Positions 1 through 9,026 of a DNA stretch of 64,000 nt are shown piece after piece (the first letter of the stretch is position 1; each line of letters begins with the position of its first letter). The stretch comes from a virus: the IMG/VR virus record IMGVR_UViG_3300003937_000144, positions 30,020 to 94,019 of that record; one strand, given 5' to 3'. A program made the position numbers and the translations under genes. The notes beneath the pieces were generated by a model that made no database searches, was not told where the DNA came from, and was given only the letters and a program-made list of their open reading frames with translations.

Positions 1-1332
1 TACAGCCCATGCAGCTAAACCCCAAGGACCAAAGAATCTAAGAAAACCTCTACCTGCCATTTTCCAACCACCAGACTTAATCATCTTCGCCCACATCTTA
101 CCTCTTAAAGTATTCTTACCAGCGTTTTTAAATATTTTAGTTATTCCTAATTTTGTTAGAGTTGAAACTCTGGTTACTAATGATTTAACTGGAAGTAATG
201 TAGTAATCAATAGAGCATTAATAGCATTATCTAAAGTAAGAATTGATTTACCAGCTGGACCATCTCCTATTTCAATCTCGGACCCATCTCCACCATCATC
301 ATCCATCTTGAAGTCATCCATCTGTTCAGTTGACTGATTAATAAATCCACTAGCAATCATACCAGCAAGTAAAATTGGCCACATCCTTGGATTACGTGCT
401 CCCCTTCCTCTACCAAAGAGTTTCCTACCCATAATCTTTAATCTTAATTTCATAGTTTTAGCAAAACCACGTTTAGTTTTAAACCCAAACCATTTTTTAG
501 TTAGAGCCCAAAGTGTAAGAGCGCCAGCACCAAGACCAACATTTTTAGAATTTTGACTTAACCAACCAAATATACCACCGCTTTCTTCATCAGCATCACT
601 ACCACCTTCACGACCACCGCCAACAGCACCAACACCAAGACCAGCATTCTTAATAGATTCTCTACGTGCTTCTTCTCTATCACGCTGAGTTGTATTCCAT
701 CTTAGATCACTATCAACTTTAGATTGTTTTAAGAAGTCTAATATTTGATGATTGATGTTTTTAATTGTGGATAATGTGTTGGTTGATTTGTCACTATTAA
801 CTTTTATTAAAGGTAAAGACTTTAAATTTTCATCATCATAACCACTGCCACCGGGTTGTTGAGATTTTGGTATACCACCTAAAGCATCTCGCCATGCAGG
901 CTGTGGACGTTTTGAATCGTCCCAATGTCCAGGATTTAATATTTCTATTAGATCCATCATGTATAGGCCAAATGACTTATTAAAATCTATTAGCTGTTCA
1001 TCAAGACTATGAAGAAACTCTCTAGATATTTCAGCTTCTCTCAATATCATCATTTGAGCAAACTCTTTGGCAGGTCTATCTTTTATAGCAGCGTTAAATT
1101 CTGTTCTGGCTTGTCCCGCTAAGAACCTACGTTGGAAGTCTTGTGCATCGCTTACTAGGGCACCTTGAGTCTCATTTGCAACAACGTTAGCCGCTGCTAA
1201 ACTCTCTTGACGTTTTAGGGCTTCAGCATCTCTAAGTAGATCTTTTGCATTTGCACGATTCAGTTGTTGTAATTGACTTACAATATTCTTTAATAATGCA
1301 TTACCCTCTTTATTGTTACTTTTATCAGCCAT
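1..1332 (-). CDS. Large tail/baseplate hub protein, tape-measure (gp29)-like; runs off the left edge
   Basis: Not in ORF track. ATG at 1332 (MADKSNNKEGNALLKNIVSQLQQLNRANAKD...) and the frame appears open to position 1. Helical/coiled-coil N-terminus, then Gly/Ala-rich hydrophobic stretches. Lies directly after gp26/gp51 as in marine T4-likes. Confidence 0.6.
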   Translation of the reverse strand, partial: MADKSNNKEGNALLKNIVSQLQQLNRANAKDLLRDAEALKRQESLAAANVVANETQGALVSDAQDFQRRFLAGQARTEFNAAIKDRPAKEFAQMMILREAEISREFLHSLDEQLIDFNKSFGLYMMDLIEILNPGHWDDSKRPQPAWRDALGGIPKSQQPGGSGYDDENLKSLPLIKVNSDKSTNTLSTIKNINHQILDFLKQSKVDSDLRWNTTQRDREEARRESIKNAGLGVGAVGGGREGGSDADEESGGIFGWLSQNSKNVGLGAGALTLWALTKKWFGFKTKRGFAKTMKLRLKIMGRKLFGRGRGARNPRMWPILLAGMIASGFINQSTEQMDDFKMDDDGGDGSEIEIGDGPAGKSILTLDNAINALLITTLLPVKSLVTRVSTLTKLGITKIFKNAGKNTLRGKMWAKMIKSGGWKMAGRGFLRFFGPWGLAAWAV

Positions 1333-1522
1333 TCATTTTACCTTTTGTCTGTTTAGTTCTTTCGTTTACTTCCTTAACGTGTTGCCTTAAAAGAGAAACA
1401 TAGATTTCCCTTTCCCATGGCATCATACTATCAAGCTCTTCCAAATTAAACCCATGTTGGTTCATCAACGTAAAATTTAATTTATAATAGCCTACTACAC
1501 TACTATGAGAAAGGGCTATTGA
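1325..1522 (-). CDS. gp51: gp51-like baseplate hub assembly/tail chaperone domain, probably reached by -1 frameshift from gp26
   Basis: Hand translation: SIALSHSSVVGYYKLNFTLMNQHGFNLEELDSMMPWEREIYVSLLRQHVKEVNERTKQTKGKMNG*. The E-L-x-x-M-M-P-W-E-R-E-I-Y motif is typical of the short gp51 of marine T4-likes. No ATG precedes the conserved N-terminal part. Confidence 0.8.
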   Translation of the reverse strand, partial: SIALSHSSVVGYYKLNFTLMNQHGFNLEELDSMMPWEREIYVSLLRQHVKEVNERTKQTKGKMNG

Positions 1523-2220
1523 AAAAAATCAGTTAACCCTTTTAACTCTATAGAGTTTTCTTTATTACACTTCTTACAATTATAATTTACATTATAACTT
1601 AAATATGGTGCTTTAGCTAATACATTCACAATCTGTTCAAACTGATCTGTACTCAAGCTTTCAATAAAGTCTTTTATTTCTTCTCTAGGACTATCTCTTA
1701 AATCAAAAGTTTCTTCACCGCTATAGATTGTTTCAATAGAAGCTATCATTAAATTAATGATTGTTTCAGTCTCACTATCACTTTGAAGCTCACCTTTTCT
1801 ATCTTTCATGGTAGTCCATTTTAAATCAAGAGATATATCATCTGTCAATTTAATATGTCTATCAACGGCTTTACCAAGATTAGTTATAGTAACCTCATCT
1901 AAGTTAACCTTTATTTCATTTTCTTCTTCACAATGTACACAGCTTGGGCCTAGTTTAATACCTTCACCTACTGACTTACTTCGTAAAGTCACAAATATAA
2001 ATTCCACATCAAATGTTGTTAATGAATTTATATCAAGCGGTGTTTCTACACACGACTCAATAACATTCATAACAGCATTCTCAATTTGTTTCTCATCTTG
2101 AGATTCCATTGCTATTAACAATATCTTCTCTTCTCTGACCACGTATGGTCTGTATGTAATACTTTCGCCTGTTGAGGGCACAATCATATCATACTTTGGC
2201 GTTACTAGTTTAGGTAACAT
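1516..2220 (-). CDS. gp26: Baseplate hub subunit gp26
   Basis: MLPKLVTPKY...YRPYVVREEKILLIA, LRSKSVGE, two CxxC pairs and a C-terminal GLTDFF, all typical of T4-like gp26. Confidence 0.88.
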   Translation of the reverse strand: MLPKLVTPKYDMIVPSTGESITYRPYVVREEKILLIAMESQDEKQIENAVMNVIESCVETPLDINSLTTFDVEFIFVTLRSKSVGEGIKLGPSCVHCEEENEIKVNLDEVTITNLGKAVDRHIKLTDDISLDLKWTTMKDRKGELQSDSETETIINLMIASIETIYSGEETFDLRDSPREEIKDFIESLSTDQFEQIVNVLAKAPYLSYNVNYNCKKCNKENSIELKGLTDFFQ

Positions 2221-2253
2221 ATCAATCTCACTCCATATTAAAAATTAAATTAT

Positions 2254-3330
2254 TTACTGTCCTGCTGCTTTTCTTCTATTCAAATCAGCTAATGCCGCAC
2301 TATAATCTCCGCGGTTAGTTCGCTTACTACTTTGATAAGCTTCTTGCGCTGCCTTCCCAGATGTTCTAGGACCTGGTCTTTCAGGTCTATATGCTCCACT
2401 AAATGGTGCACCTTGTCCAGATGTTCTTGGTCCTGGTCGAGGCACTTCAACTGCAACCTCTTCATTTCTTGGTCCTGCACCTTTAGTACCAGAATCTCTG
2501 GCTCCTGGACCATTGTATGTTTCTTCACCTGACATTGGTGGAGCTTGACCAGATGTTCTTTCACCTGGTCCAGTCCAATCTTGTTCTTCTTCATTCCTTG
2601 GGCCACTACCCTTAGGTCCAGAATCTCTTCTACCAGGATGAGTCCATTTTTCTTCAACACTTGCTGCCTTAAATCCTTTATCAATGTCAAGAGATCGCCA
2701 GTTATCATATTCCCATGTAATAGTTACTTCCATTAAACTTTCATTGGTATTACCCAATTCAACTTGACTCATTTGTATAGGATATGCATTCTCTAATAGA
2801 TTACCATATCCAACAACACCGTCTTCATTTCCTTGTAAGGCTCTTATTTCTACATCAGCAACATATTCTTTTTTATATAATGTCTTATAATGATTGTGTG
2901 TACTATCTACAATCATGTTCATCCACATATCAAAATACTTTTTAATATAATAATCACCTGTTAATAAGAAGCTCATTGTGACTTCATCAGTAGCCATTGA
3001 GTAAGGCTTCTTTGCAAGGTTATGATCGTGGGAAGCTTCAGTTGTGGATATACGTTTTCCAGGAAGTGATACGGATGTGCATAGCATATATGTATCCTGG
3101 CCATCTTGTATAAAATTAGCCATAGGACTATCGTTTTTTTCGAATCGACCAACCACAGGGTTGTCATTAGATATTGAATTTCTTGCAAAGTGATTATCAA
3201 TTGCAGTATCTGAATTCCGTTTAACTTGAGCAAGGTAAGGATGGCTAATCATTACTGAATATCTATTACCTCGTGCTATACCACCACGGCGATCTAATAA
3301 TGCTTTCATGTCGTCTATTGCAGTCTTCAT
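2254..3330 (-). CDS. gp54: Baseplate tail-tube initiator gp54-like, with a repetitive C-terminal extension
   Basis: GGIARGNRYSV, CTSVSLPGKRI, LENAYPIQMSQVEL and VTITWEYDNW (tube-protein fold); synteny with gp26 and gp2. Confidence 0.75.
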   Translation of the reverse strand: MKTAIDDMKALLDRRGGIARGNRYSVMISHPYLAQVKRNSDTAIDNHFARNSISNDNPVVGRFEKNDSPMANFIQDGQDTYMLCTSVSLPGKRISTTEASHDHNLAKKPYSMATDEVTMSFLLTGDYYIKKYFDMWMNMIVDSTHNHYKTLYKKEYVADVEIRALQGNEDGVVGYGNLLENAYPIQMSQVELGNTNESLMEVTITWEYDNWRSLDIDKGFKAASVEEKWTHPGRRDSGPKGSGPRNEEEQDWTGPGERTSGQAPPMSGEETYNGPGARDSGTKGAGPRNEEVAVEVPRPGPRTSGQGAPFSGAYRPERPGPRTSGKAAQEAYQSSKRTNRGDYSAALADLNRRKAAGQ

Positions 3331-3911
3331 TAATATTGTTTCCTTGAGTCAGCCCATATAGCACCTTCACTAGCTTTCTTGAATGATGCTGTTTGTAAAA
3401 AAATTGCTATGCTCCATTCTGCCGAAGGAACTTTCATTATCTTTGAAGATACTTTCTTAGTCAGATAATGTTTAAAGCACGGTTTAAAGTATTTATAGTT
3501 CTTTGTTGCTTTTAATAAGTTATATGTAATTCTAAACTTAGTCATATCATTAAACTTTTGATTAGTTGCTACATCATTTAAATGGTCTAAGAAGATTGCA
3601 CGAACTTTAGGTGGTAAGTAATGTAAGTTAATACCATAGAAACCATCTTTCGCTGGGCCCACGACAATAGTCAAAGGGAATGTATCATAGTAAGGCAATG
3701 TTGCTTTAAGCTTTGGATCATATGTGTACATAACCATTTCACCAGCCTTGGCACTTTGTCTTGCTATTAATCTCTCATCCTTCAACACACTCTTACCTAA
3801 CGGCCCAAGCTTCTTCACATTCTTAGCAAACCAAACGTTTGCTTCTTTAGATCTTGCTGTTATGCCTTTACGAAAAGCTTCTGATTCTAACTTGTCAAAT
3901 AGACTAGCCAT
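3330..3911 (-). CDS. gp2: DNA end protector protein gp2
   Basis: YDPKLKATLPYYDTFPL, GFYGINLHYLPP and FKPCFKHYL motifs. Confidence 0.93.
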   Translation of the reverse strand: MASLFDKLESEAFRKGITARSKEANVWFAKNVKKLGPLGKSVLKDERLIARQSAKAGEMVMYTYDPKLKATLPYYDTFPLTIVVGPAKDGFYGINLHYLPPKVRAIFLDHLNDVATNQKFNDMTKFRITYNLLKATKNYKYFKPCFKHYLTKKVSSKIMKVPSAEWSIAIFLQTASFKKASEGAIWADSRKQY

Positions 3912-4095
3912 TAAACGTCTCCATTAATTGTGGTCCGAACACTACCATAATATATGCTATGATAGCCATGGCAGCAATACCTCCTAATAGCCATTTTATT
4001 TTAAAATCGTCGACCATCATTTTAAATCCTATTATTTCGTTCCCTAATATACGTAGGGATATTTCTAACTTACCGTCACTATCTTCTTCTGCCAT
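3904..4095 (-). CDS. Small membrane protein between gp4 and gp2
   Basis: 63 aa with one hydrophobic helix (WLLGGIAAMAIIAYIMVVFG); late promoter 5 nt upstream. Confidence 0.65.
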   Translation of the reverse strand: MAEEDSDGKLEISLRILGNEIIGFKMMVDDFKIKWLLGGIAAMAIIAYIMVVFGPQLMETFNG

Positions 4096-4100
4096 ACTTA

Positions 4101-4108
4101 TATTTATA
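4101..4108 (-). promoter_or_regulatory. T4-type late promoter TATAAATA
   Basis: TATTTATA on + strand, 5 nt from ATG 4095. Confidence 0.75.
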
Positions 4109-4601
4109 CTCTTTTCTTAAGAGATTTCCATATTCTTTTGCCAGTCTTTGTTTTACTTGCTTTAAATCTCATAGTCATAGTTTTAATACCCATTGCTTCT
4201 AATTCATTCTCAGTCCATATTTGAAATTCATATCCACGTTCCTCACAAAACTTACGTGCATACTTCCACTTAGAAGTATTCTTCATATAGGTTAATGCCT
4301 CTGTTAACTTTTTTCTTTTAGGTGGCACGGTTTGAGATGATGGTTTGATCTCGACTAAAAGAGTACGGCCTGTATCTGTTCGTATAGTAAGATCCACAAA
4401 GTATCTGTGAGCCTTGTTATCGGTTGCACATACGTAACCTATAACAGTTTCTTCAGAATTCCACCACTTAACCCATGATGCTTTATCTAAATACCTAAAT
4501 GCATTGCGCTCCCATAAAGATCTATAATGTATATTATCTACATTACCTTTATACTTTGCTATATTTGTTGGTCTCCATGATCCAGAATATGTTTTTTTCA
4601 T
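4104..4601 (-). CDS. gp4: Head completion protein gp4 (TnsA-like PD-(D/E)xK nuclease)
   Basis: KYKGNVDNIHYRSLWER, HRYFVD, LVEIKP and KWKYARKFCEERGYEFQIWTE. Start moved to ATG 4601 (MKKTYSG), 5 nt from a late promoter. Confidence 0.92.
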   Translation of the reverse strand: MKKTYSGSWRPTNIAKYKGNVDNIHYRSLWERNAFRYLDKASWVKWWNSEETVIGYVCATDNKAHRYFVDLTIRTDTGRTLLVEIKPSSQTVPPKRKKLTEALTYMKNTSKWKYARKFCEERGYEFQIWTENELEAMGIKTMTMRFKASKTKTGKRIWKSLKKRV

Positions 4602-4606
4602 ACAAC

Positions 4607-4630
4607 TATTTATACAAATCGTTATAAATA
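4607..4630. promoter_or_regulatory. Divergent pair of T4-type late promoters (- strand 4607-4614, + strand 4623-4630)
   Basis: TATTTATA and TATAAATA at the strand switch between gp4 and gp48. Confidence 0.85.
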
Positions 4631-4656
4631 AGTAATATACAAACCAAGGAACTATT

Positions 4657-5916
4657 ATGGCAGACAACATCAAAGGTTATCCAATGAATCTCTCAGGAAG
4701 ACTTTCATCAGACGAAACCCCGGCAGACGCAAACGCAAGAAGAGCACGAGAGATTAAAGAAAATAAATTTTTCACAACTGAAAAACCATTTTCTTTTAAA
4801 TATCCGTCAACGGTAGCAGAGAATTTCAAAGAAGAAATAAATTTTAATACTCATGATTCTAGTGAGTATGCTTTAGTACGATCTTCAATAGATGCAAATG
4901 GAAACCAACTTGGTATTGATGATGATGCTATTGAGCCATATGTTATATTTGAATTTATGAGACTAATGACTGATGATAAGAAAAAAGCTCTGTCTAAATG
5001 GCAAGATAAAAATAATTTTACTAGACGTAATTCTTCAGCATTAAAGAAAGAAATATATGATGCAAAGGATGCAACCGCGCCACAATCGGCCGATGACATA
5101 GAAGCTGGTGCAGAAAAGAATTTTGTAATGCATGCAGAGAATAGAGCATTAATAGAAGCTTCCGGTATAGAAGATAGTATGTTTGATAAAGCTAAAAGAG
5201 TATTTGGTGGTTCAATAGCAATGTACATGCCTACAGATATTCAGATAAATGATGCAATAGGCTATAGTGAAGAGTCAAGACAAATTGCAGCTATGCTAGA
5301 AGATTTTGGTACCTCTGATAAAGTTAATAATGCTACAATGTTTAATCCTACTACAATTGCTGCTGGTGCTGGTGGTGTAAGTTGGTTAGCAGATGCAGCT
5401 AGTAAATCCACAAATACTAGAATTGCTGGAAGTAAAATAACTAAATGGTTATCTAAAGGTAACGTTGGTCTTTCTTCAATTCTTGGTTATGGTGCTGGTG
5501 GTGTAATTAGTGATGAAATGCAAAGACATCACGGTCAGGCTTTAAATCCTAATGAATATATGGCTTATCAAAATACTCCAATGAGAAGCTTCTCGTTTAA
5601 CTTTACATTTTTACCAGACAGTGCAGAAGAATCTACTGAGGCAACTGATATTATTAGACAATTCAGATATGCAGCCCACGCAGAAAAAAGAGATAATCTT
5701 ACAATCAATGTTCCGGATCATGTTGTTGTATCATTTCATGGAGCAAATGATATGATTCAATTGCCAGCTGTTGTTATCGATTCAGTAAATGTTTCATACA
5801 ACCCAAATAATACTTCATTCTTTAAACATAATAATGCACCAGTTGAAATAGGATTAGCTGTAACACTTAAAGAAATAGCACCTATATTTAAGGGTGATGT
5901 AGAGAGGGGATTCTAA
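4657..5916 (+). CDS. gp48: Baseplate tail tube cap gp48
   Basis: IAMYMP, ALNPNEYMAY, RSFSFNFTFLPDSAEE, VNVSYNP and PVEIGLAVTLKEI. Confidence 0.85.
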   Translation: MADNIKGYPMNLSGRLSSDETPADANARRAREIKENKFFTTEKPFSFKYPSTVAENFKEEINFNTHDSSEYALVRSSIDANGNQLGIDDDAIEPYVIFEFMRLMTDDKKKALSKWQDKNNFTRRNSSALKKEIYDAKDATAPQSADDIEAGAEKNFVMHAENRALIEASGIEDSMFDKAKRVFGGSIAMYMPTDIQINDAIGYSEESRQIAAMLEDFGTSDKVNNATMFNPTTIAAGAGGVSWLADAASKSTNTRIAGSKITKWLSKGNVGLSSILGYGAGGVISDEMQRHHGQALNPNEYMAYQNTPMRSFSFNFTFLPDSAEESTEATDIIRQFRYAAHAEKRDNLTINVPDHVVVSFHGANDMIQLPAVVIDSVNVSYNPNNTSFFKHNNAPVEIGLAVTLKEIAPIFKGDVERGF

Positions 5917-5917
5917 T

Positions 5918-6628
5918 ATGTATTTTAAAAATATAAGTAATGCAGTTATAGATGTTGATGGGTCAGGTAATTTTGATGTATTAAAAAATCTAACAGCAAA
6001 AGCATTAGTATCAGATGAGTTAACTAATAATGCTGCACATTATGAAACAGTAACAATTCAAGATGGTGAAAGACCTGATATACTTTCTATGAGATTGTAT
6101 GGAACTGAAGTCTATCATTGGACATTCTTGTTACTTAATCCACAAATAAAAAATATATGGGATGACTGGCCGATGAAGTATGGTCAATTAATAGAGTATT
6201 GTACACAAAAATATCAATACCTTGCAGCTGACACCGATGCTGATCTAAATGATAAATTTAAAGTTGGCGAGACTGTAGTAGGTGGTGTGTCAGGAGCAAC
6301 AGGCTTAGTTAAAGAGATCCATGTAAATATGGGTTATCTTGTTATAGAATTAACTACCGGTACATTTGCTGAAACTGGTGAGACTATAAGTGGTGTTGAT
6401 ACACAAGACAATGTATCATGTATCTTTATTAAGTCACAAGCTTATGCACCTCATCATCATGTTGATGATTCAACTGGAGAGTGGACAACAAGGCGGACTG
6501 CTGGAACTACACCTTATACCTTTCTTGATTTTGAAGAAGCTGTTACCGATCAAAACAGAAATATTAAAGTAGTTAAATCTCAATACGTAAGTCGTATTGC
6601 TAGACAGTTTATAAAAATAATGGGTTAA
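5918..6628 (+). CDS. gp53: Baseplate wedge subunit gp53 (LysM-like)
   Basis: MYFKN...IQDGERPDILSMRLYG...HWTFLLLN...DDWP...RNIKVVK. Confidence 0.9.
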   Translation: MYFKNISNAVIDVDGSGNFDVLKNLTAKALVSDELTNNAAHYETVTIQDGERPDILSMRLYGTEVYHWTFLLLNPQIKNIWDDWPMKYGQLIEYCTQKYQYLAADTDADLNDKFKVGETVVGGVSGATGLVKEIHVNMGYLVIELTTGTFAETGETISGVDTQDNVSCIFIKSQAYAPHHHVDDSTGEWTTRRTAGTTPYTFLDFEEAVTDQNRNIKVVKSQYVSRIARQFIKIMG

Positions 6629-6629
6629 T

Positions 6630-7775
6630 ATGGAATTAGAATCTCTTGTAGTTACTGGTGGTGCCACTGATATATCAGGTTTAGTCCAAGATGTAACGCT
6701 GTTTGAAAGCATAGAAGGTTATATACAAGGAAGTATCCATATTCTTGATGGTACTAACTTCTTTGATAGGGTTATTGGTTCAACTGACGAATTAGTACCT
6801 ATCACAATTAGTTATATTTATATGGGTATAGAAGTTGAGTATGTATTCCAGGCTGATGGTATCAGCAATATGAAGATAAACAAAGGTAGTAAAGATTACA
6901 ATATACATTTAATAACGCTTATCGAACAAAACTTAAAATTAGTTCCAATTAATGCAGCGTTTTCAGGAACAAGTCATGAAATTGCTGCAAACATATTTCA
7001 CGATGCAAATCTAGATGTTGGACCTCTCTTATATGTAGATAGCGCAGCAGTTACTACGGGTAAATATATTGTACCAAATATTCCTGCTGGAGATGCTATA
7101 AGAAATGTAGTAGATGGTGCAATGGATATTGATAGTACTGGTTTTTATATCTACCAAAGACTCAATGATAATGGAAAAACAAGAATGGGTTCTTTGAAAC
7201 AAATGGCTAATAATAAATTTATGAAAAGCCGAAAGGATGAATTTGTAATTTCTGGTAAATTAACAGGTAATGATGATGAAGATGCTGGAGATAATATAGA
7301 CAATATAGGAACATCAAATAAGTTTAATGTTCTAGAATATAAAAGAAACTTTACTGATAAAATCGCTGCTGGAGATTTCGGAAATAAAATTCATTCAGTT
7401 AGTCTTGACGAAACTGATGTTATAAAAAATGAAGCAACTGAAGATGTTAGTATTGTGCGAACTGTATATAAATCATCTAATAATTTATATAATACTGAGA
7501 AGAATATATTTGCTACGGTTAATGATCCTCAAAGCAGTATGGCAGTAAATCAGATTGCACGTGTACACCATACAAGATTAAGTGTTGAGGATATAGTGCC
7601 AATACCTAATATTGGATGTGGCATGACTATAGAAGTTGAATTGGGTAAACAAGAAAATAGTGAATCAATATCAGATGGACCTTATATAATTTCTGATATT
7701 AATCATGTCTTGACATATAACGGTAAGGCATATGATTATAAACAACGTATGACATTAATAAGAGAGTATGCATAA
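6630..7775 (+). CDS. Baseplate hub protein (gp27/VgrG-hub-like)
   Basis: DISGLVQDVTLFESI, C-terminal GMTIEV...SDGPYIISDINHV; lies between gp53 and gp5. Confidence 0.6.
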   Translation: MELESLVVTGGATDISGLVQDVTLFESIEGYIQGSIHILDGTNFFDRVIGSTDELVPITISYIYMGIEVEYVFQADGISNMKINKGSKDYNIHLITLIEQNLKLVPINAAFSGTSHEIAANIFHDANLDVGPLLYVDSAAVTTGKYIVPNIPAGDAIRNVVDGAMDIDSTGFYIYQRLNDNGKTRMGSLKQMANNKFMKSRKDEFVISGKLTGNDDEDAGDNIDNIGTSNKFNVLEYKRNFTDKIAAGDFGNKIHSVSLDETDVIKNEATEDVSIVRTVYKSSNNLYNTEKNIFATVNDPQSSMAVNQIARVHHTRLSVEDIVPIPNIGCGMTIEVELGKQENSESISDGPYIISDINHVLTYNGKAYDYKQRMTLIREYA

Positions 7776-8613
7776 TGTATTTTGGAATAGTAAAAGATAT
7801 AGAAGATCCTTTAAAGCTTGGAAGAGCTAAAGTAAAAGTATTTCACGTTCACGATAATATATCTACAAACGATCTTGGCTGGTCAAATATTGCAATGCCA
7901 GCAAATGTACCTGCTAAAAGTGGTATAGGTTCTTCAGTAAATTTATTAATTGGTACATTAGTGTTTGGCTTCTTTGAAGATAATATGTTACAAGAGTTTG
8001 TGGTTGTAGGAACTTTACCTACAAAGACTGCTGGGCTACATGATAACAATGTTAGAGTAAGAGCTGAAGCAGATCCAAATGCACGTGATCCTAAAGGTAC
8101 ATATGAACCAGCTAGCGGATACGCGCCTGTCTATCCATTTAATAATGTTATGGAAACAGAGAGTGGACATGTTAAAGAGTATGATGACACTCCTGGTGCA
8201 GAACGTATTGTGGAAAGACATAAGAGTGGTACTCAATATGAGATCCAACCCAATGGTTCAAAGAATGAAAGAATTGTAAGAGATAATTATACATTGGTAT
8301 GTGGCAATGATACACTTGAAGTTAAAGGTAATGTTAGAATTTATGTGCGTGGTGATGCGAATATTTTAGTAGCAAAAGATCTAACTACACAAGTTGGTGG
8401 CGATATGGTTGCAGATGTAAAGAATATACTAATGATGTTGGGTCAACATATTCAGGAATAATATCATTAGATGGCGATGTAGCAATTACTAAGAATTTGT
8501 CGATTGAAGGTATAACAACTACTAGTAACGCTACTGATAAACTTATATTAGATGGACATGTCCATAATGAGAACAATGTTAACCAAGATAGAACGGGTGG
8601 TCCGATTAATTAG
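7775..8613 (+). CDS. gp5: Baseplate central spike gp5 (OB fold + beta-helix, no lysozyme domain); frameshifted near 8419
   Basis: DPLKLGRAKVKVF, YPFNNVMETESGHVKEYDDTPGAERIVERHKSGT. The ORF stops at 8461, but the -1 frame 8419-8613 continues ...SLDGDVAITKNLSIEGITTTS...LDGHVHNENNVNQDRTGGPIN*. Confidence 0.85.
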
Positions 8614-8621
8614 TATAAATA
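8614..8621 (+). promoter_or_regulatory. T4-type late promoter
   Basis: TATAAATA 6 nt before the gp25 ATG. Confidence 0.8.
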
Positions 8622-8627
8622 AGATAT

Positions 8628-9026
8628 ATGGCAGAGATAGCACGACAAGAAACGTATAAAGATTTAGATTTTACTTTTAAGCAAAATCCTAATACCAATG
8701 ACATTGGAATAAAGAAGAACAATGCAGCGGTAATACAAAGCTGTCTTAATATACTTCGCACTAATCACGGTGAGCGACCATTTGATTATCTTTTTGGTGC
8801 AAACCTAAGAGCATATCTCTTTGAGAACATGACAAATGTAACAGCATCGAACATGGGAACAAGTGTTAATATAGCTTTAAAGAATTACGAGCCAAGAATA
8901 GAGGTACTTAATACTAATATTAACGCAAAGCCCGATGAGAATATGGTATATATTACAGTAACCGGTAGAGTTAAATCAACTAACGAGATATTAGACATCG
9001 CTACCACAATAGAGAGAATACGATAA
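8628..9026 (+). CDS. gp25: Baseplate wedge subunit gp25
   Basis: YKDLDFTF, NILRTNHGERPF and LKNYEPRI. Confidence 0.93.
   Translation: MAEIARQETYKDLDFTFKQNPNTNDIGIKKNNAAVIQSCLNILRTNHGERPFDYLFGANLRAYLFENMTNVTASNMGTSVNIALKNYEPRIEVLNTNINAKPDENMVYITVTGRVKSTNEILDIATTIERIR

Noticed and set aside
4104-4601. TnsA-like nuclease as a transposon or homing endonuclease
   Set aside because: Sequence and position match the core head-completion gene gp4; no terminal repeats or other transposition genes.
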